NCBI RefSeq assembly: GCF_006345805.1
Contig: NC_043025.1
Coordinates: 15,128,001 to 15,192,000 of the forward strand
Direction: 5' to 3'
DNA length: 64,000 bases
From: Octopus sinensis
Taxonomy: Eukaryota
Below, piece after piece: positions 12,406 through 25,159 of this stretch. Numbering within the stretch: the first letter of the stretch is position 1; each line of letters starts with the position of its first letter. Position numbers and translations under genes: made by a program. The notes below the pieces were generated by a model. It worked only from the letters and a program-made list of their open reading frames with translations, did no database searches and was not told where the DNA came from.

Positions 12406-12812
12406 GGATATTTTCCATTTGACCGGCAGTTTTTTCTAGCAGTGTCATATGAAATTGTCACCCATAATTATGACCCTAGTATCAATCTATTGCATTTCAA
12501 TCTCTTTTAGGGTTAGGGTTAGGGATGACTTTTTTTTCTTCATAAATGAAAATAAACCCAATCTGTTTCTTAAACAAGGGACATATTCATACAGCACAGA
12601 ATGTTTTTTTACCTCAATAGACGTCATTGATTGGTTAAAATTGCAGATATTGAAGAAAAAAACAACAAATATCTTACAAACTATAGAATTTTCTCAATAA
12701 AGCCAAGAGAAAAAGATGTTTTATAAACACATTCTACCAGTATACGAAGTTTAAAAGTGTTTAGTTATGTGGAAATTATTTTAAAAAACTTCTGTTCAAA
12801 CTGAAAAGATCC
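12406..12812. mobile_element. MITE family M copy
   Basis: TIRs plus perfect 8-bp TSD GAAAATTC. Confidence 0.92.
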
Positions 12813-13032
12813 GAAAATTCTTATTGGCTTTTTGGAATCCGCAGGGCAGCACCACAGTCTGCTGCCAATAGCCAAGGCTGAAAGGAGACAGTCGTTAACC
12901 TTTGTGGTGCTTTGGGGATCGCAAGATTGCAGCACAGCTGAAGATCAATGCACAGTGGTAAAGGGCGATGATTACCTATGGTTTTACCCTTAAAAACGAG
13001 GCTTTTCCCCCTCCATATTTTAAAGAGGTCTT

Positions 13033-13095
13033 TGGGGTCTGAAGATATGCAGTAAGGCTAAACCCCTTATGAGCAAGAAACCCAGGGTAACCCCA
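13033..13095 (+). ncRNA. Canonical-core type I hammerhead ribozyme in a PLE pLTR
   Basis: UGGGGU CUGAAGA U(A)UGC..GUAAGG CUAAACC CCUUAU..GCAA GAAA CCCAGGG UA ACCCCA. Confidence 0.8.
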
Positions 13096-13152
13096 TAAAC
13101 CAGCTTACCTCGCTGTAATATATATGTATATATAATTACATATACATACATA

Positions 13153-13184
<32 letters not shown>

Positions 13185-13262
13185 AATACGAGGGAATATC
13201 CAAACTTACAGGGAAAAATTCAATTTAGTAATACTAAATCAAATTTCACAAAATATTATATA

Positions 13263-13640
13263 TCATCATCATCATCATTTAGCGTCCGATTTCCATGCTA
13301 GCATGGGTTTGATGATTCAGCTGGGGTCTGGGAAGCCAGAAGGCTGCACCAGACTCCAGTCTGATCTGGCAGTATTTCTACAGCTGGATGCCCTTCCTAA
13401 CGCCAACCACTCCATGAGTGTAGTGGGTGCTTTTTACGTGCCACCAGTACGGAGGCCAGGTGAGGCTGGCAACAGCCACGATTGGATGGTGCTCCCCACC
13501 TGCCGCCGGCATGGAGGCCAGCCGGGGCGGCGCTGGCAACAGCCACGCTCGGATGGTTCCTTTACATGCCACCGGCACTGGTATCACAGCTACAATTTCC
13601 ATTGATGTTGATCAATTTCGATTTCGATTTTGATTTTGAT
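13263..13640 (-). mobile_element. SINE family B
   Basis: Family match, (ATG)n tail. Confidence 0.8.
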
Positions 13641-13651
13641 TTTTGATTTTG

Positions 13652-13687
<36 letters not shown>

Positions 13688-13781
13688 ATATATAAATTAG
13701 AAAAAAACACCTTTTATCAATTCAATAATGAAAAAATAAATTATGCCATTTAGAAAAATTACTTATGATCATATTATTATA

Positions 13782-14179
13782 TCTTTATATATAAAAGAGA
13801 GGTTGTGTGCTGTCTGTCTCCTACGATTTAGATTACTAACTACTCCCACATTTTGTGGTGCAGTTTAACCAAAACCGGGTATCTTATAGTCGTGATTCAT
13901 ATCAAGCCCTTCTGGGTATTAGCGCGTGTCTACGATGAGTCTACGATTTAAAAAAAATTTACCTTCAATTTTTCCCATTTTTAATTGATTTTTGGCATAT
14001 ATAAGGGAAGTAACTCTCTAAAAATGTATTATTAAATCTCAGAACGTAAAAAGCTACAGTAACACCCCCCCCCCTTTGTGGTTAGCCATATTGAGATGGC
14101 TATTATACTTTACATCTCTAAAAATGCTTATATAGTTATTTCCCTTACAAACCCGAGCAACGCCGGGCGATACTGCTAG
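13782..14179 (+). mobile_element. Non-autonomous Helitron (family H2)
   Basis: A|TC start; CCCGAGCAACGCCGGG hairpin then CTAG|T. Confidence 0.85.
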
Positions 14180-14221
14180 TATATTATATATATATATATA
14201 TACATACACATAGATATATAC

Positions 14222-14642
14222 TAGGGTGTCCTGTTTTCAGGGTAAAAGTTTCTTCTGATTGCATTATTGGTGCCAGTGGATGAAAAAATGAGTGCCAGAG
14301 CTCTAAAGTTGAAAAAAATGGTCAAAATTGGCCATTTTTATTGTGCTAATGTAGTGTCAAGTCAAAAGGTATCTGATATTTATTTTATAAGTCTCACAGG
14401 GATCTAAATTATGCGAGAAAATTATGGGACATATTTTAATTTATTGATTTGATGACGAGCACAGTGTGACATGGTTGGCAACAAGATTTTAATCTTAAAT
14501 CAACAAAAACCTTCCAAGATACATTTTGAAATTGACTTTTAAAGTATAAAATACAAGTTGTAAGATTAAAACGAATCTTCAGTACTTACCTATTCAGCTG
14601 ATTGTTAACAGGAAATTTTGACCCTGAAAACGGGACACTCTA
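14222..14642. mobile_element. hAT-like MITE
   Basis: ~30-bp TIRs TAGGGTGTCCTGTTTTCAGGG / CCCTGAAAACGGGACACTCTA; TSD not recognisable. Confidence 0.6.
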
Positions 14643-14674
14643 ATGTGTGTGTGTACACTCACACACACACACAT

Positions 14675-14712
<38 letters not shown>

Positions 14713-15080
14713 TGAAAAAATATGGCATCTCAAGGCGACTACAGTACTAGTGGTTGTAGGATCTGTAGGAATGATTAAAAAAAGGTACTGAAACCTATTT
14801 GGAAATGATTCCAGGCTTACCAGCCCTACAGGAAATGCAAAAAATCGTATTAACTGGAACGGCTCATGTACTGAGAAGAGTATTATCGCTGTGAAAACAA
14901 CATCCATCCATATTTATTAATTTTTAAATACATATTTTACCTGTGAATTTGCATGTGTAATCTGGGAATGCATACAATGAGCTTCTCTGCCCTTGGTGTA
15001 TGGAAAACACTCGGCGAGAAACGGAAGAAAATTTGAAGAAAGAAGGAAAAAACATAAAAATAATAATAATAATAATAATA
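14713..15080 (+). mobile_element. R4/Dong-clade LINE 3' end inside (AAT)n
   Basis: KATTVLVVVGSVGMIKKGT..LQEMQKIVLTGTAHVLRRVLSL*; flanked by (AAT)n on both sides. Confidence 0.75.
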
Positions 15081-15664
15081 AATTAGCTTAAAATCTGCCT
15101 GATAGGTGGGCCTTGGGCCCAACAATGACACTTCATGCATTAAGTACATATTAAATTTTATTAAACTTGATGAATATTTTTCAAGCAATGAACAATTTTC
15201 ATTAAAATAATAATATAATTTGTCGACTTGGAACTTATTGCAAAGCTGCATGATATACAACATTTCTCTGTCTTCCCATTCAAGGGTCTGTACAGTTTTT
15301 TTTTCTATTCCCACCATGGCCACCACAACTGCCATACACACACCATTCAAACTTCTGACGCCACCACCATCAATACCTTTGACTTCACCGCCTTCCCCTT
15401 CACTACCATCACCACTGTCTTTCACATTGCTTTACTATCACCATTGTCCCTGACTGCTTCAGCTACCACCACCACCACCACCACCATTGCCTCTGCCTCT
15501 ATCACAACTACAGCTCATACTATTACTATCACCCCATTACCACCACAACTACCAATCTACTACCGTACCGTTGCCTACTATTACTCTCACCCCAACATGA
15601 GCAATAGTAAAAGTGTCAATGAATAGTGAGGCGGGGGGGGGGGGGGTCGACGTGTGACACACAA

Positions 15665-16025
15665 ATTAGTTTTTGCATATAGGGTAAAGATCCCCTTTCG
15701 TCAAGAATGACCACGAGATTGCACCTAGAGAGTTCTCATCAATCTTGTCGAAGTCTGGGAAAGGTTGTTTATGGAAGACCTGCTGTTGCCCATGCACACC
15801 AGCGTCCCCTCTCCATGCCACCAATGTTATCCCAAGGGAAAGGCAAAGGGGCCAATACAAGTTGGCACCAGTGACATTGCAATTCATTTCTACAGCTGAG
15901 TGGACTGGAACAACATGAAAAGAAGTGTCTTGCTCAAGAACACAACACAGCCCAGTCCGGGAATAGAACTCCCTACCTCATGAGTGTAAGCTCGATGCTC
16001 TAACCACTGAGCCATGGGCCTTCCC
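15665..16025 (-). mobile_element. tRNA-derived SINE family F
   Basis: TGGCTCAGTGGTTAGAG head then TGTTCTTGAGCAAGACACTT core. Confidence 0.7.
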
Positions 16026-16027
16026 TA

Positions 16028-16427
16028 TACTCTTTTACTCTTTTACTTGTTTCAGTCATCCGATTGCGGCCATGCTGGAGCACCACCTTTAGTCGAGCAA
16101 ATCGACCCCGGGACTTATTCTTTATAAGCCCAGTACTTATTCTATCGGTCTCTTTTGCCGAACCGCTAAGTGACGGGGACGTAAACACACCAGCATCGGT
16201 TGTCCAGCAATGCTAGGGGGACAAACACAGACACACACACGCATATATATATATACATATATACGACGGGCTTCTTTCAGTTTCCATCTACCAAATCCAC
16301 TCACAAGGCATTGGTCAGCCCGGGGCTATAGTAGAAGACACTTGCCCAAGATGCCACGCAGTGGGACTGAACCCGGAACCATGTAGTTAGTAAGCAAACT
16401 ACTTACCACACAGCCACTCCTGTGCCT
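16028..16427 (-). mobile_element. SINE family A
   Basis: Family match to 1691-2125. Confidence 0.85.
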
Positions 16428-17275
16428 ATGTATTCTCCCTTTATATATATATAAATTCCTGGCACATAGCTACAACAATGCTCCTTTTTCGACTCTGTCA
16501 TTCTCACCATCCTTTATCTAACTCCCAGCTGGTTTTCTATCTTGCATGGATTCCTCCTTCTCTTCTCTCTCCTCCCCTTCAGCATTCCTTCCTCCTCCTC
16601 CTACACCTCCTCTCCCTCCTTCTCCCCTGGGGTCCTTTATGAACCTACAAATGGCTGATGAATTTCATAGTTTTACAAGAAAGGAGGCTGGTTAAAAACC
16701 CCAAACTGACTCTCCTCAATTTGGTTTCCATGTCTATCCTCAGTGATGGTCATGAATAGAAGCATACCAAATCCACTCACACACATACATACAGACATAC
16801 AAACACATGCATGCACACACACACACACACAATGCACAAAAATAATGCATACACACATATATACACACAAATATATATACATATAAATTTGAGTTTATGT
16901 GTATATACACATATATACAGATATATATATATATATCTATATATATATATAATTATAACAAAGAGGGTCTTTGCAACAAGTTGCTAGACCACATACCGAA
17001 AGTATTAGAAATAGCAGCCAGAAGACTGTTATTTCTTTTACTACAAAAATATGTCTCCACAGACAACAGTATTTGTAACTCATTATGTGGCAAAAAAACG
17101 AAGAAAAATAACGAAAATAAACAGTCCACGGTCAATTATGGACGCACATTTCTGGATTAGAATCAAAGATTCATTTCCTTTATCAACATAATATTATTTT
17201 ATCTGTATGTATATATATATATATATTTGTAAAAAATGAAGTTCGAAAATGCTGCTATATTAGACAAATTTTAAA

Positions 17276-17356
17276 TTTTTATATATGCATTATTTATTTA
17301 ACATGTTTCGGTTCTTGAAATGATGAACCTTATCAAAAAAAATTATATATAAAAAA
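17276..17356 (-). ncRNA. Type I hammerhead, U3-A8 variant (pLTR copy 1)
   Basis: UUGAUAA GGUUC AUCAUUUCAA GAACC GAAA CAUG UU A on minus strand. Confidence 0.7.
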
Positions 17357-17959
17357 GATAGTTCATGCTATCAAATATAAAAAATTCATATATAATATAC
17401 AATAGAGTCAGACATCAAAAGTTCATATATAGTGAAGTGAGTTCATGCTATCTGTTTATAAAAAAGATAGTTCATGCTATCAAATATAAAAAATTCATAT
17501 ATAATATTCTGACCAATCCCGACCTATAGCTGTATTAGATCTGCACCTTGTCTGTATCCTGTTAGGTGGCTAGTCAAGCAGAACGGGACGTCATCAATAT
17601 TCTGACCAATCCGACCTATAGCTGTATTAGATCTGCCCCTTGTCTGTATCCTGTTACATGGCCAGTCCAGCGTAACGGGACGTCATCACTGTTTTGACCA
17701 ATCGTCCCGTTAGGTGGCCAGTCTAGCAGAACGAGACGTCATCAATGTGTTGACCAATCCAAATCGCGTCTGACCCTTAGCTGTATCGTATGTGGCCGGT
17801 CCATCAGGATTAGATCTGTTCGAAGAGATCTTTTTATAAATTTTTTTTCCTTTTCCCTAAGACATATTTCCGTCAGTGTAAGTGACTGTTTAAGGTAGCG
17901 GCCGTGGTGGAATTTTGCCTCTCCTTTTCGGAGGACCAATCTTTTGTTTTAATATTCCT

Positions 17960-19490
17960 GGCCCAGGGTGTTTAAACTTGGTCTAAATTTTTTGATGAAA
18001 TACAGTTCTTTATTTTGGCATTGCGTGAAGGTTGCGTTGTCACTGAATTTATAAAGCGGGTAAGTTGTAAATTTCGGATTTACATTTCCAGCACATCTAT
18101 CTATGTGTCCGCTGACCGGTATTTTCCGGTATTCAGGGTTTCTAATTTGTGATTTATGCACCGCCATCCTGTACGTAAGCTATTTTTTGTATGGCCTATA
18201 TACTGCCTATTGCAGCCTGCGCATGTTATGACGTAAATTAAGTTTTCTGTTGCGCAGGTGAAGTTTGCTCTAATGGTGAACTGGTGGCCTTGTTCTAGTA
18301 TAAATTCTGAACCTTCTATCAAGATGACACAGATTCCGCAGTTGGGCCTTCCACATTTTCTAACTGCTGGTTTTGTGGTTGATGTTGAGTGCAGTTTAGC
18401 TTGGGTTAAAATCCTTTTCAAGGATTTTGGTTGCCGTTTACTTTTAATGATGGTGTGTGTTTCGAGGATCCGGTTCATCTTTGGGTCTCCCTTTAGTAGG
18501 GCTGTGCTTTGTAGTATGGTGCTGAAGGCCTCATTGTTGAGTGGGTTGTGTGTAGAGATGTAGGGAAGGGTTTTAATTGTTCTTTCTTTTTTGGTTTTGT
18601 TTGTCTCAGGTCTTCTATACTTAATTTGAGTGCCCTTTGGATTGCACTGTCTATTAGGGGCTGTGGATAGTTTCTATTTGTGAGTGTGGTTCTAAGTTCC
18701 TGGAGACGTGTGTGTCGGGTGTTTGTGTCTGATATTATGGTGCAGATCCTTCTAGCTAAACAAAAAGGGACATTTATTCTAGTGTGTCGTGGGTGGCATG
18801 AATCAAAAGGTAGGTACTGTTTGGAGTCTGTCGGTTTATAGTAGATATCTGTCTATTTTTTTGCCGGTTTTCTTAATGAGGATGTCTAAAAATGGTAATT
18901 CTTTTTCGTTGTGATCCATTGTGAATTGTATATTATCATTTATTCCATTTTAAATTCTCAAGTTTCTCTATACCTTTGTCCCAGATGATGAAACAGTCAC
19001 CGAGGTATCTTTTCCAGTTGTTATGCATATAGGTGGCGAAGGTGTTTCCAAATTTCTCGAGTGTTATCTGGTAGAGTATTTTCTCGAGGTATCCCATCAC
19101 TAGGTTGGCAAAAGATGGTGCAGTACGCGTGCCCATTGCTGTTCCCGATCTTTGTCTGTAGAAATTATTGTCAAAAATAAAGTAATTGTTCTCTAAAATA
19201 AATCTAAGTCCTTCTATTATAAGGTCTTTGTTTATGCGAGTTGGGAGTTCAAAGGGGTAGTTATTCAGCCAGAAGGTGATTGCTTCTATTCCAAGGTTGT
19301 GAGGGATGTTAGAATAAAGATTAACTACGTCGAATGATACTAGAAGGGTTTTCTCATTGACTGTTTTAGGGAGGTGGTTGAGCATATCTATATCGTCTCT
19401 TACGTAGCTTTTGATGTGTTTTAGGAAAGGTTTAAGAAGTGTGTCTAAGAAATTGCTGAGGCGGTGAGTCTCACATGCTGGCCCTGCTAT
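17960..19490 (-). pseudogene. PLE reverse transcriptase plus GIY-YIG endonuclease (disrupted)
   Basis: RPIIAGP, LLVSFDVVNLYSNIP, GTAMGTRTAPSFANLVMG, WKRYLGDCF; CGRPNCGIC, NLIYVITCAGCNRQYIG. Confidence 0.92.
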
Positions 19491-19499
19491 TATCGGTCT

Positions 19500-19680
19500 G
19501 CTTGACTAGCCACCTAACAGGATACAGACAAGGGGCAGATCTAATACAGCTATAGGTCGGGATTGGTCAGAATATTGATGACGTCCCGTTCTGCTTGACT
19601 AGCCACCTAACGAAACGATTGGTCAAAACGTTGCTGACGTCACGTTCCGCTGTACTGGCCACCTAACAGGTGATATAAAA
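19500..19680 (+). promoter_or_regulatory. Putative pLTR Pol II promoter
   Basis: Tandem units with ATTGG (CCAAT) boxes, TGACGTCA at 19635-19642, TATAAAA at 19674-19680. Confidence 0.4.
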
Positions 19681-19983
19681 CCCAAACAATTCACAAGGTT
19701 CGCCAGAACTGTCCAGCGGACACCGACCAAAAGTCATCACAGTTGCTCAAGGTAAAATCTAAAATGAATTCCTCGCTCTTTCAAGAACATCAATTTTTTA
19801 TATTGACTGCACATCACCACTATGAACTATTTTTTATATTGAATGCATATCACCACTATGAACTACTACATCATACTCTATAAACATATAGCATGAACTC
19901 ACTTCACTATATATGAACTTTTGATGTCTGACTCTATTGTATATTATATATGAATTTTTTATATTTGATAGCATGAACTGTCC

Positions 19984-20063
19984 TTTTTATATATAATTTT
20001 TTTTGATAAGGTTCATCATTTCAAGAACCGAAACATGTTAAATAAATAATGTATATATAAAAA
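19984..20063 (+). ncRNA. Type I hammerhead, U3-A8 variant (pLTR copy 2)
   Basis: Core 20003-20009 UUGAUAA; stem II GGUUC/GAACC; GAAA; ACAUGU palindrome; GUU triplet ending at 20039. Confidence 0.7.
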
Positions 20064-20108
20064 TTAAAAATTTGTCTAATATAGCAGCATTTTCGAACTT
20101 CATTTTTT

Positions 20109-20180
<72 letters not shown>

Positions 20181-20181
20181 G

Positions 20182-20213
<32 letters not shown>

Positions 20214-20289
20214 TATATATATATACATATAAATATGTCGATGTATATATGTATGTATATGTGTGTGTGTGTGTGTGTGTGTTTATACC

Positions 20290-20670
20290 TGTGTGTATAT
20301 TTGCTTGTATGTGTATGTATGAAATGGGGCTCAGCAAGGGGATTTCTAGGGTAGCATTATGCAACAGGGTGCATAGCTTAGAGATCAGGGAGTCTCTCCA
20401 TGTTGGACTGCTACTTTTCTGCATTGAGGGTGCACAGCTTTAGCACTACAGACATGTGATTAGAATGCCAGAGGAGACAATCACAAAACAGACCCTTCGA
20501 GGGGACTGGCAGGAGACCAACGGGGGCAGAGCAAGAATGAGTGGGTTGGATAATCTCCAGAGTCTCTGGTGGTCATGCTGGGAATCCAACCGAAGTGTGT
20601 AATGCCTGAGGACTCCACCCCAACAACCCTCCCAGGAATAATGGGTGGAGAAGATGGATTGATAAAGATA
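20290..20670 (+). mobile_element. Degraded RTE-like LINE 3' fragment
   Basis: YRHVIRMPEE..KQTL and W-D-N-L-like C-terminal motifs. Confidence 0.45.
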
Positions 20671-20725
20671 CTACATTTAGTTGTTATACAATCTTTGGAC
20701 TTTCAGAGTGCTTAATTAGTATTAA

Positions 20726-21005
20726 CTAGCAGTATTGCCCGGCGTTGCTCGGGTTTGTAAGGGAAATAACTATATAAGCATTTTTAGAGAGTTACTTCCC
20801 TTATATAAACCGAGCAAAAAATGCATTAAAAAACTTTAAAATGATGGTAATTTTTTTTTAAATTGTAGACTCATCGTAGGGTTCGATATGAATCACGACT
20901 ATAAGATATCCGCTTTTGGTTAAACTGCACCGCAAAATATGGAAGTAGTTAGGAATCTAAATCAGAGGAGACAGACTCTCACACAACTTCAGTTTTATAT
21001 ATTAA
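20726..21005 (-). mobile_element. Non-autonomous Helitron H2, internally deleted
   Basis: Reverse-complement match to 13782-14179 including hairpin and CTAG. Confidence 0.8.
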
Positions 21006-21459
21006 TTTATATATCAATTCATTCATTAATTGGTTGCTTAATAAGATGTACTACTGGTATTCCTCTGGCCACTCTATTAATTGTAAAAAAAACATCACAC
21101 ATACCAGAAGAGAAAACACACCAGACATACAAGACATTCAACATGTTATATAATATTCACCTGATGTAGTTTTTGAAACAATTGTAGTACTCAACGACCT
21201 TTATCATCCCTTCTATTTACAGATTTGATTATTGCATTAGAAACAAAGTTTGTTGCTTTCAAAATGAAGTTGTATGACGACTGTTGTTGTATTGGAAATT
21301 TCTGTCTAATATTGACATGTGACGAAGTGTATTGATTAATAGATTTTATTGATCAATTATTGAGTCATCTGTGTCCTCTATACAAGACATGTTTGTGCCA
21401 GAGACTAACAAACTGTATTTCATCACAATCACTCATCATAGCCTATTACTTTATATATA

Positions 21460-21504
<45 letters not shown>

Positions 21505-21583
21505 TATATATATATAATTTAATAAATAAAATATATGCATACATACATATATGTACGTACCTACATCTACATGCATATATACA

Positions 21584-21629
<46 letters not shown>

Positions 21630-21638
<9 letters not shown>

Positions 21639-21900
21639 GAGTACAGGACACCACAAATAAACGTAGAACTCAACGAGAAATGAAAACATAAAAACTTGGA
21701 AATGGACTTTTTTTAACAACGAAAAAACAGAGTACAAGACAAACAACACAAGGAACATTCCTCTTCATCAGCTGTCCCTAGTACGACTCCATGCGTGTTT
21801 CGAAGGTAAGGACAGAATACGACCCGCCGGACAGGTCCTTCCTGTAAAGGAATTAAATAAAATTCCTTTGCAGAGGGGTAAAAACAAGGAAAGAAAAAAA
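21630..21900. repeat. Unclassified repeat, probable PLE pLTR; related copy at 51285-51720
   Basis: Shared GGACACCA..ACAAGGAA..TTCCYCTTCWTCAG..TTTCRAAGGT sequence. Confidence 0.55.
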
Positions 21901-23229
21901 TGTGACATATATATATATATAGATATATAGATATATATGTACATATGTGTGTGTGTATATGTCAACGGCCATCCAATAGATGTCTTAAGGCTGTATCATG
22001 TGTGGGGATATAGAAATAATCGGACTGAATACCCGATCGTGCAGTTAAACCATTGGGAGTGAAGGACTCCTAGCCTTTGTTAGGGCATCCTTCTAGTAGA
22101 AGGTAATTCAGGAAACTGGGATAACTCCGACACAAAACCTGTGTCTCAGTGGTTACTGATGATGTTGACTTGTTCTTCTTTTCGGATTATGGCTGCTGTT
22201 GCTTAGGCATTGCACGATAACTACATTGATTAAGCTTCATGCAATGGCCATACTCGATAACGAGGGGACAGCCACCATATGTCATCATCACTATCGTCAC
22301 CATCATCATTGCTTAACATCCATCCTCCATGCATGCATGGGTAGGACGGATGACAGGAGCCAACAAGGTAGAAATTCTACCCAAGGCCACAGGGTCTGTT
22401 TTAGCAGGGATTTTATGGCTGGATGCCCTTCCTGACACCGACCGCGTTATAATGTAGACTGGATGCTTTTAACAGCACTGGCAGGGTAAGCAAGTAACTC
22501 ACAAGACAAAGAATTACGAGAGGGGGGGAAGGGGGGGCATTTGAGGAATGGAAAATGTATCAGAGGATGAAAGGTTAGAGTGTGACAAAGAGAGAGAGAG
22601 AGAGAGAGAGAGGCAGAAGTAGGTACCTTGCTATAGAGGTACCTACTTGAGAGAGAGGGAGAGGAGGGGAGAGAGATGAGGTAGTTAGAGAGAGAGGGAG
22701 AGGGGGTAGAAACAGGTGCCTTGCTATAGAAGAGGTACATGGTTAGCCAGTGAGAGAGAGGGAGAGATATGAGAGAGAGAGAGAGATACAAAAAGAGGCC
22801 AGAAACAAGTGTGCTGATGTAAAGGAGATAATCAGAGGAAAAAGAAGAGACAGAGAGAGGGGGAGAGTGACCAAAGGGAAAGAGAGAGAGAGCAAAAGTG
22901 TAAGAGAGAGAGAGCAGAAGAGAGTACTAGGGTAAACTTACAGGTAACAAGAATGTGAACATAGAACCTGGTTAGAAAAATAGGGTGTGGGTGTAGGGAG
23001 CAGCAATGCAGGTAGCAGGGCAGTGACGAGCAAGAAAGGGGGTTGGACAACAATCATAACCTATGAAGAGGAAGAGGAGTTGTAGTTTGATTTCTTTGGT
23101 TAGAATGGGTGGAAAGGGTGTTGTTAGATGAGGGTGGCACACAACTCTTCTCACACTCAGTTTTGTAGATGGGTCTTCTCTAGAACCCCATATTGCCAAA
23201 CATCTTAGTCCTCTGTCATTTCTGATTAC

Positions 23230-23796
23230 AAATATCTTGGGTCACCCATATCATCATCTGGAAAAGATTTTCTAACTAGAAAGGGTATGGCCTGGTCAGC
23301 CTGTAAGGACATGCATAAGATCTAGTCATCAAATCTATGAGAGACTTCACACTTGAAATCTTCAAAGCCACAGTCGAACCAATTCTACTATATGGCTCAG
23401 AAACCTGGACATTATCAAAGAAGCTTGAGAGGCGGTTGGATGGAACCTACACTCGCCTCCTTACGAGAGCTCAAAATCTCTCGTGGAAGCGTCATCCAAC
23501 CAAAACGCAAATATATGGGAAACTACCACCTGTGTCATCTCTTGAGAAAGGTAGGAGAGTCCAGTTTGCTGGACATTGTTGTAGAGCTGAAAACGAGGTA
23601 ATTTCTACTCTTCTCCTCTGGAAGCCATCTACTCGCGATACCAGAGGGCGCACACTCTCCTACCTTGATGTAATCTCCAGGGATACAGGCATCCAGCAAT
23701 AGGACCTCCGTAATGCCATGATGGACTGTGTAGTCTGGAGTAGGATGGTAAATTCCATTGTCTCGACCACGGTCGAACAATGATGATGATGATGAT
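23230..23796 (+). mobile_element. RTE-clade LINE 3' fragment
   Basis: IFKATVEPILLYGSETWTL..FAGHCCR; (TGA)n tail. Confidence 0.85.
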
Positions 23797-24892
23797 ATCA
23801 TTTCCTCTGTGAGTCCCAACATCCTGAGATCAATTCTTACCACTCCATCCATATACTCTCTATCAATATAAAAGGCTAGGATAAAGGGCCTTGTTGACTC
23901 ATATAGATTCCCAGGGCTGTTTTCCTGGTTTCTGTGGGGCATATATTTCCCACCTGGATCAGACACGCAAATACACATAAGCACACACACACATCTAAAG
24001 AATGTTTTTTTTTTCTATTTTTCTTACTTTTTGTGTTTTATTTACGATTAACAATATGTCGACCCATTACCTGTATATATAAAAAATTAAACTGTATCCA
24101 TTCCATGTCGTTCCAAACCACAGAACCTGCAGGTAACCAGCTACAGGTAAATAATGACGTGAACTGAACCAAGTGAAACCGAATTTATTGAGTGAGGCAC
24201 CTTTTGGAAAGTCACCCGAAGAACCACGTGTCCACTGAAGGATGCGTCACAACCAGTTGTACAGTATCTCACCCCTTGGGGACCAATGCAGGAGGGGTCA
24301 AAACCACTGTTGCAATTAATGAAGAATCTCATGAATTCATTTTCTCTTTCTTTCATTTCATTTCACATCTATTATTGCTCTCAGCTAATAAAGGTGACAC
24401 ATCCAACTTGGTGGCCAGAGGTACATAACCTTCTGACTAATGGAGGGAAGTCTTGGTCAACCAGGGTCATGAGAAAAACTGTTATGTAATTCTGAGCAAG
24501 ATGGAGTTAACTCCCTTGGATTGACCCCTTTTGTGTCCGTAAAGGGTCAGTTTATGTATGATTTCTATTCAATTGCCAGCAAGTAAGGAATTCTGTCTCC
24601 AACATAAATTTTCTCTGTGGCACCAGCTAAACATTTCACTGTTTGAAATTTAAGAAGGCCTCCTGGTCAAGCGAATTTTTTTTTAGGGTCCTGGTTCTCA
24701 TTGGACACACATCTATCCCTAGCAACCACCAGAGGAGGGATCAAGGGACCTTGATAAAGGCTTTCTCTATGTTGACAAATGTTAGTACAGCCTAAGCCAC
24801 ATAAAGTGGATTTGGTAAATGGAAATTGAAAGAAGCCCGTTATGTGTGTGTGTGTGTGTGTGTATTTATATATATATATATATATATATACC

Positions 24893-25150
24893 ATCATCAT
24901 CATTTAATGTCTGTTTTCCATGCTGGCATGGGTTGGACGGTTTGACTGAAAACTGGTAAGCTGGGGAACTGCACCAGGTTTTGATCTGATTTGGCAAGAT
25001 TTCTCAGCTGGATGCCCTTCCTAATGCCAACCACTCCCAGTGTAGTGGGTGCTTTTTAATATGCCACTGGCATGGGTGTCATTGATGTGACACCAGCATT
25101 GGCCACTACTATGGTCTCTGTTGGCATGACAGGTCTTCACAAGACACACT
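24893..25150 (-). mobile_element. SINE family B
   Basis: Family match. Confidence 0.7.
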
Positions 25151-25159
25151 CTATTGCCA

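Larger units (their letters stand above)
17229..20110 (-). mobile_element. 5'-truncated Penelope-like element (probably Neptune-type) bounded by inverted pLTRs
   Basis: 17229-17500 is the reverse complement of about 19840-20110; RT and GIY-YIG inside; solo pLTR at 50260-50830. Confidence 0.92.

Noticed and set aside
14937-15626. 162-aa and 132-aa ORFs as host exons
   Set aside because: Low-complexity (ACC/ATT) content and Dong 3' UTR overlap; no recognisable domain
16640-16760. CTGATGA and CTGAGGA hits
   Set aside because: No compatible stems I-III
16945-17015. Hammerhead in the repeat shared with 30481-30600
   Set aside because: Hairpin plus GAAA present, but no CUGANGA-like core and no stem I in either copy
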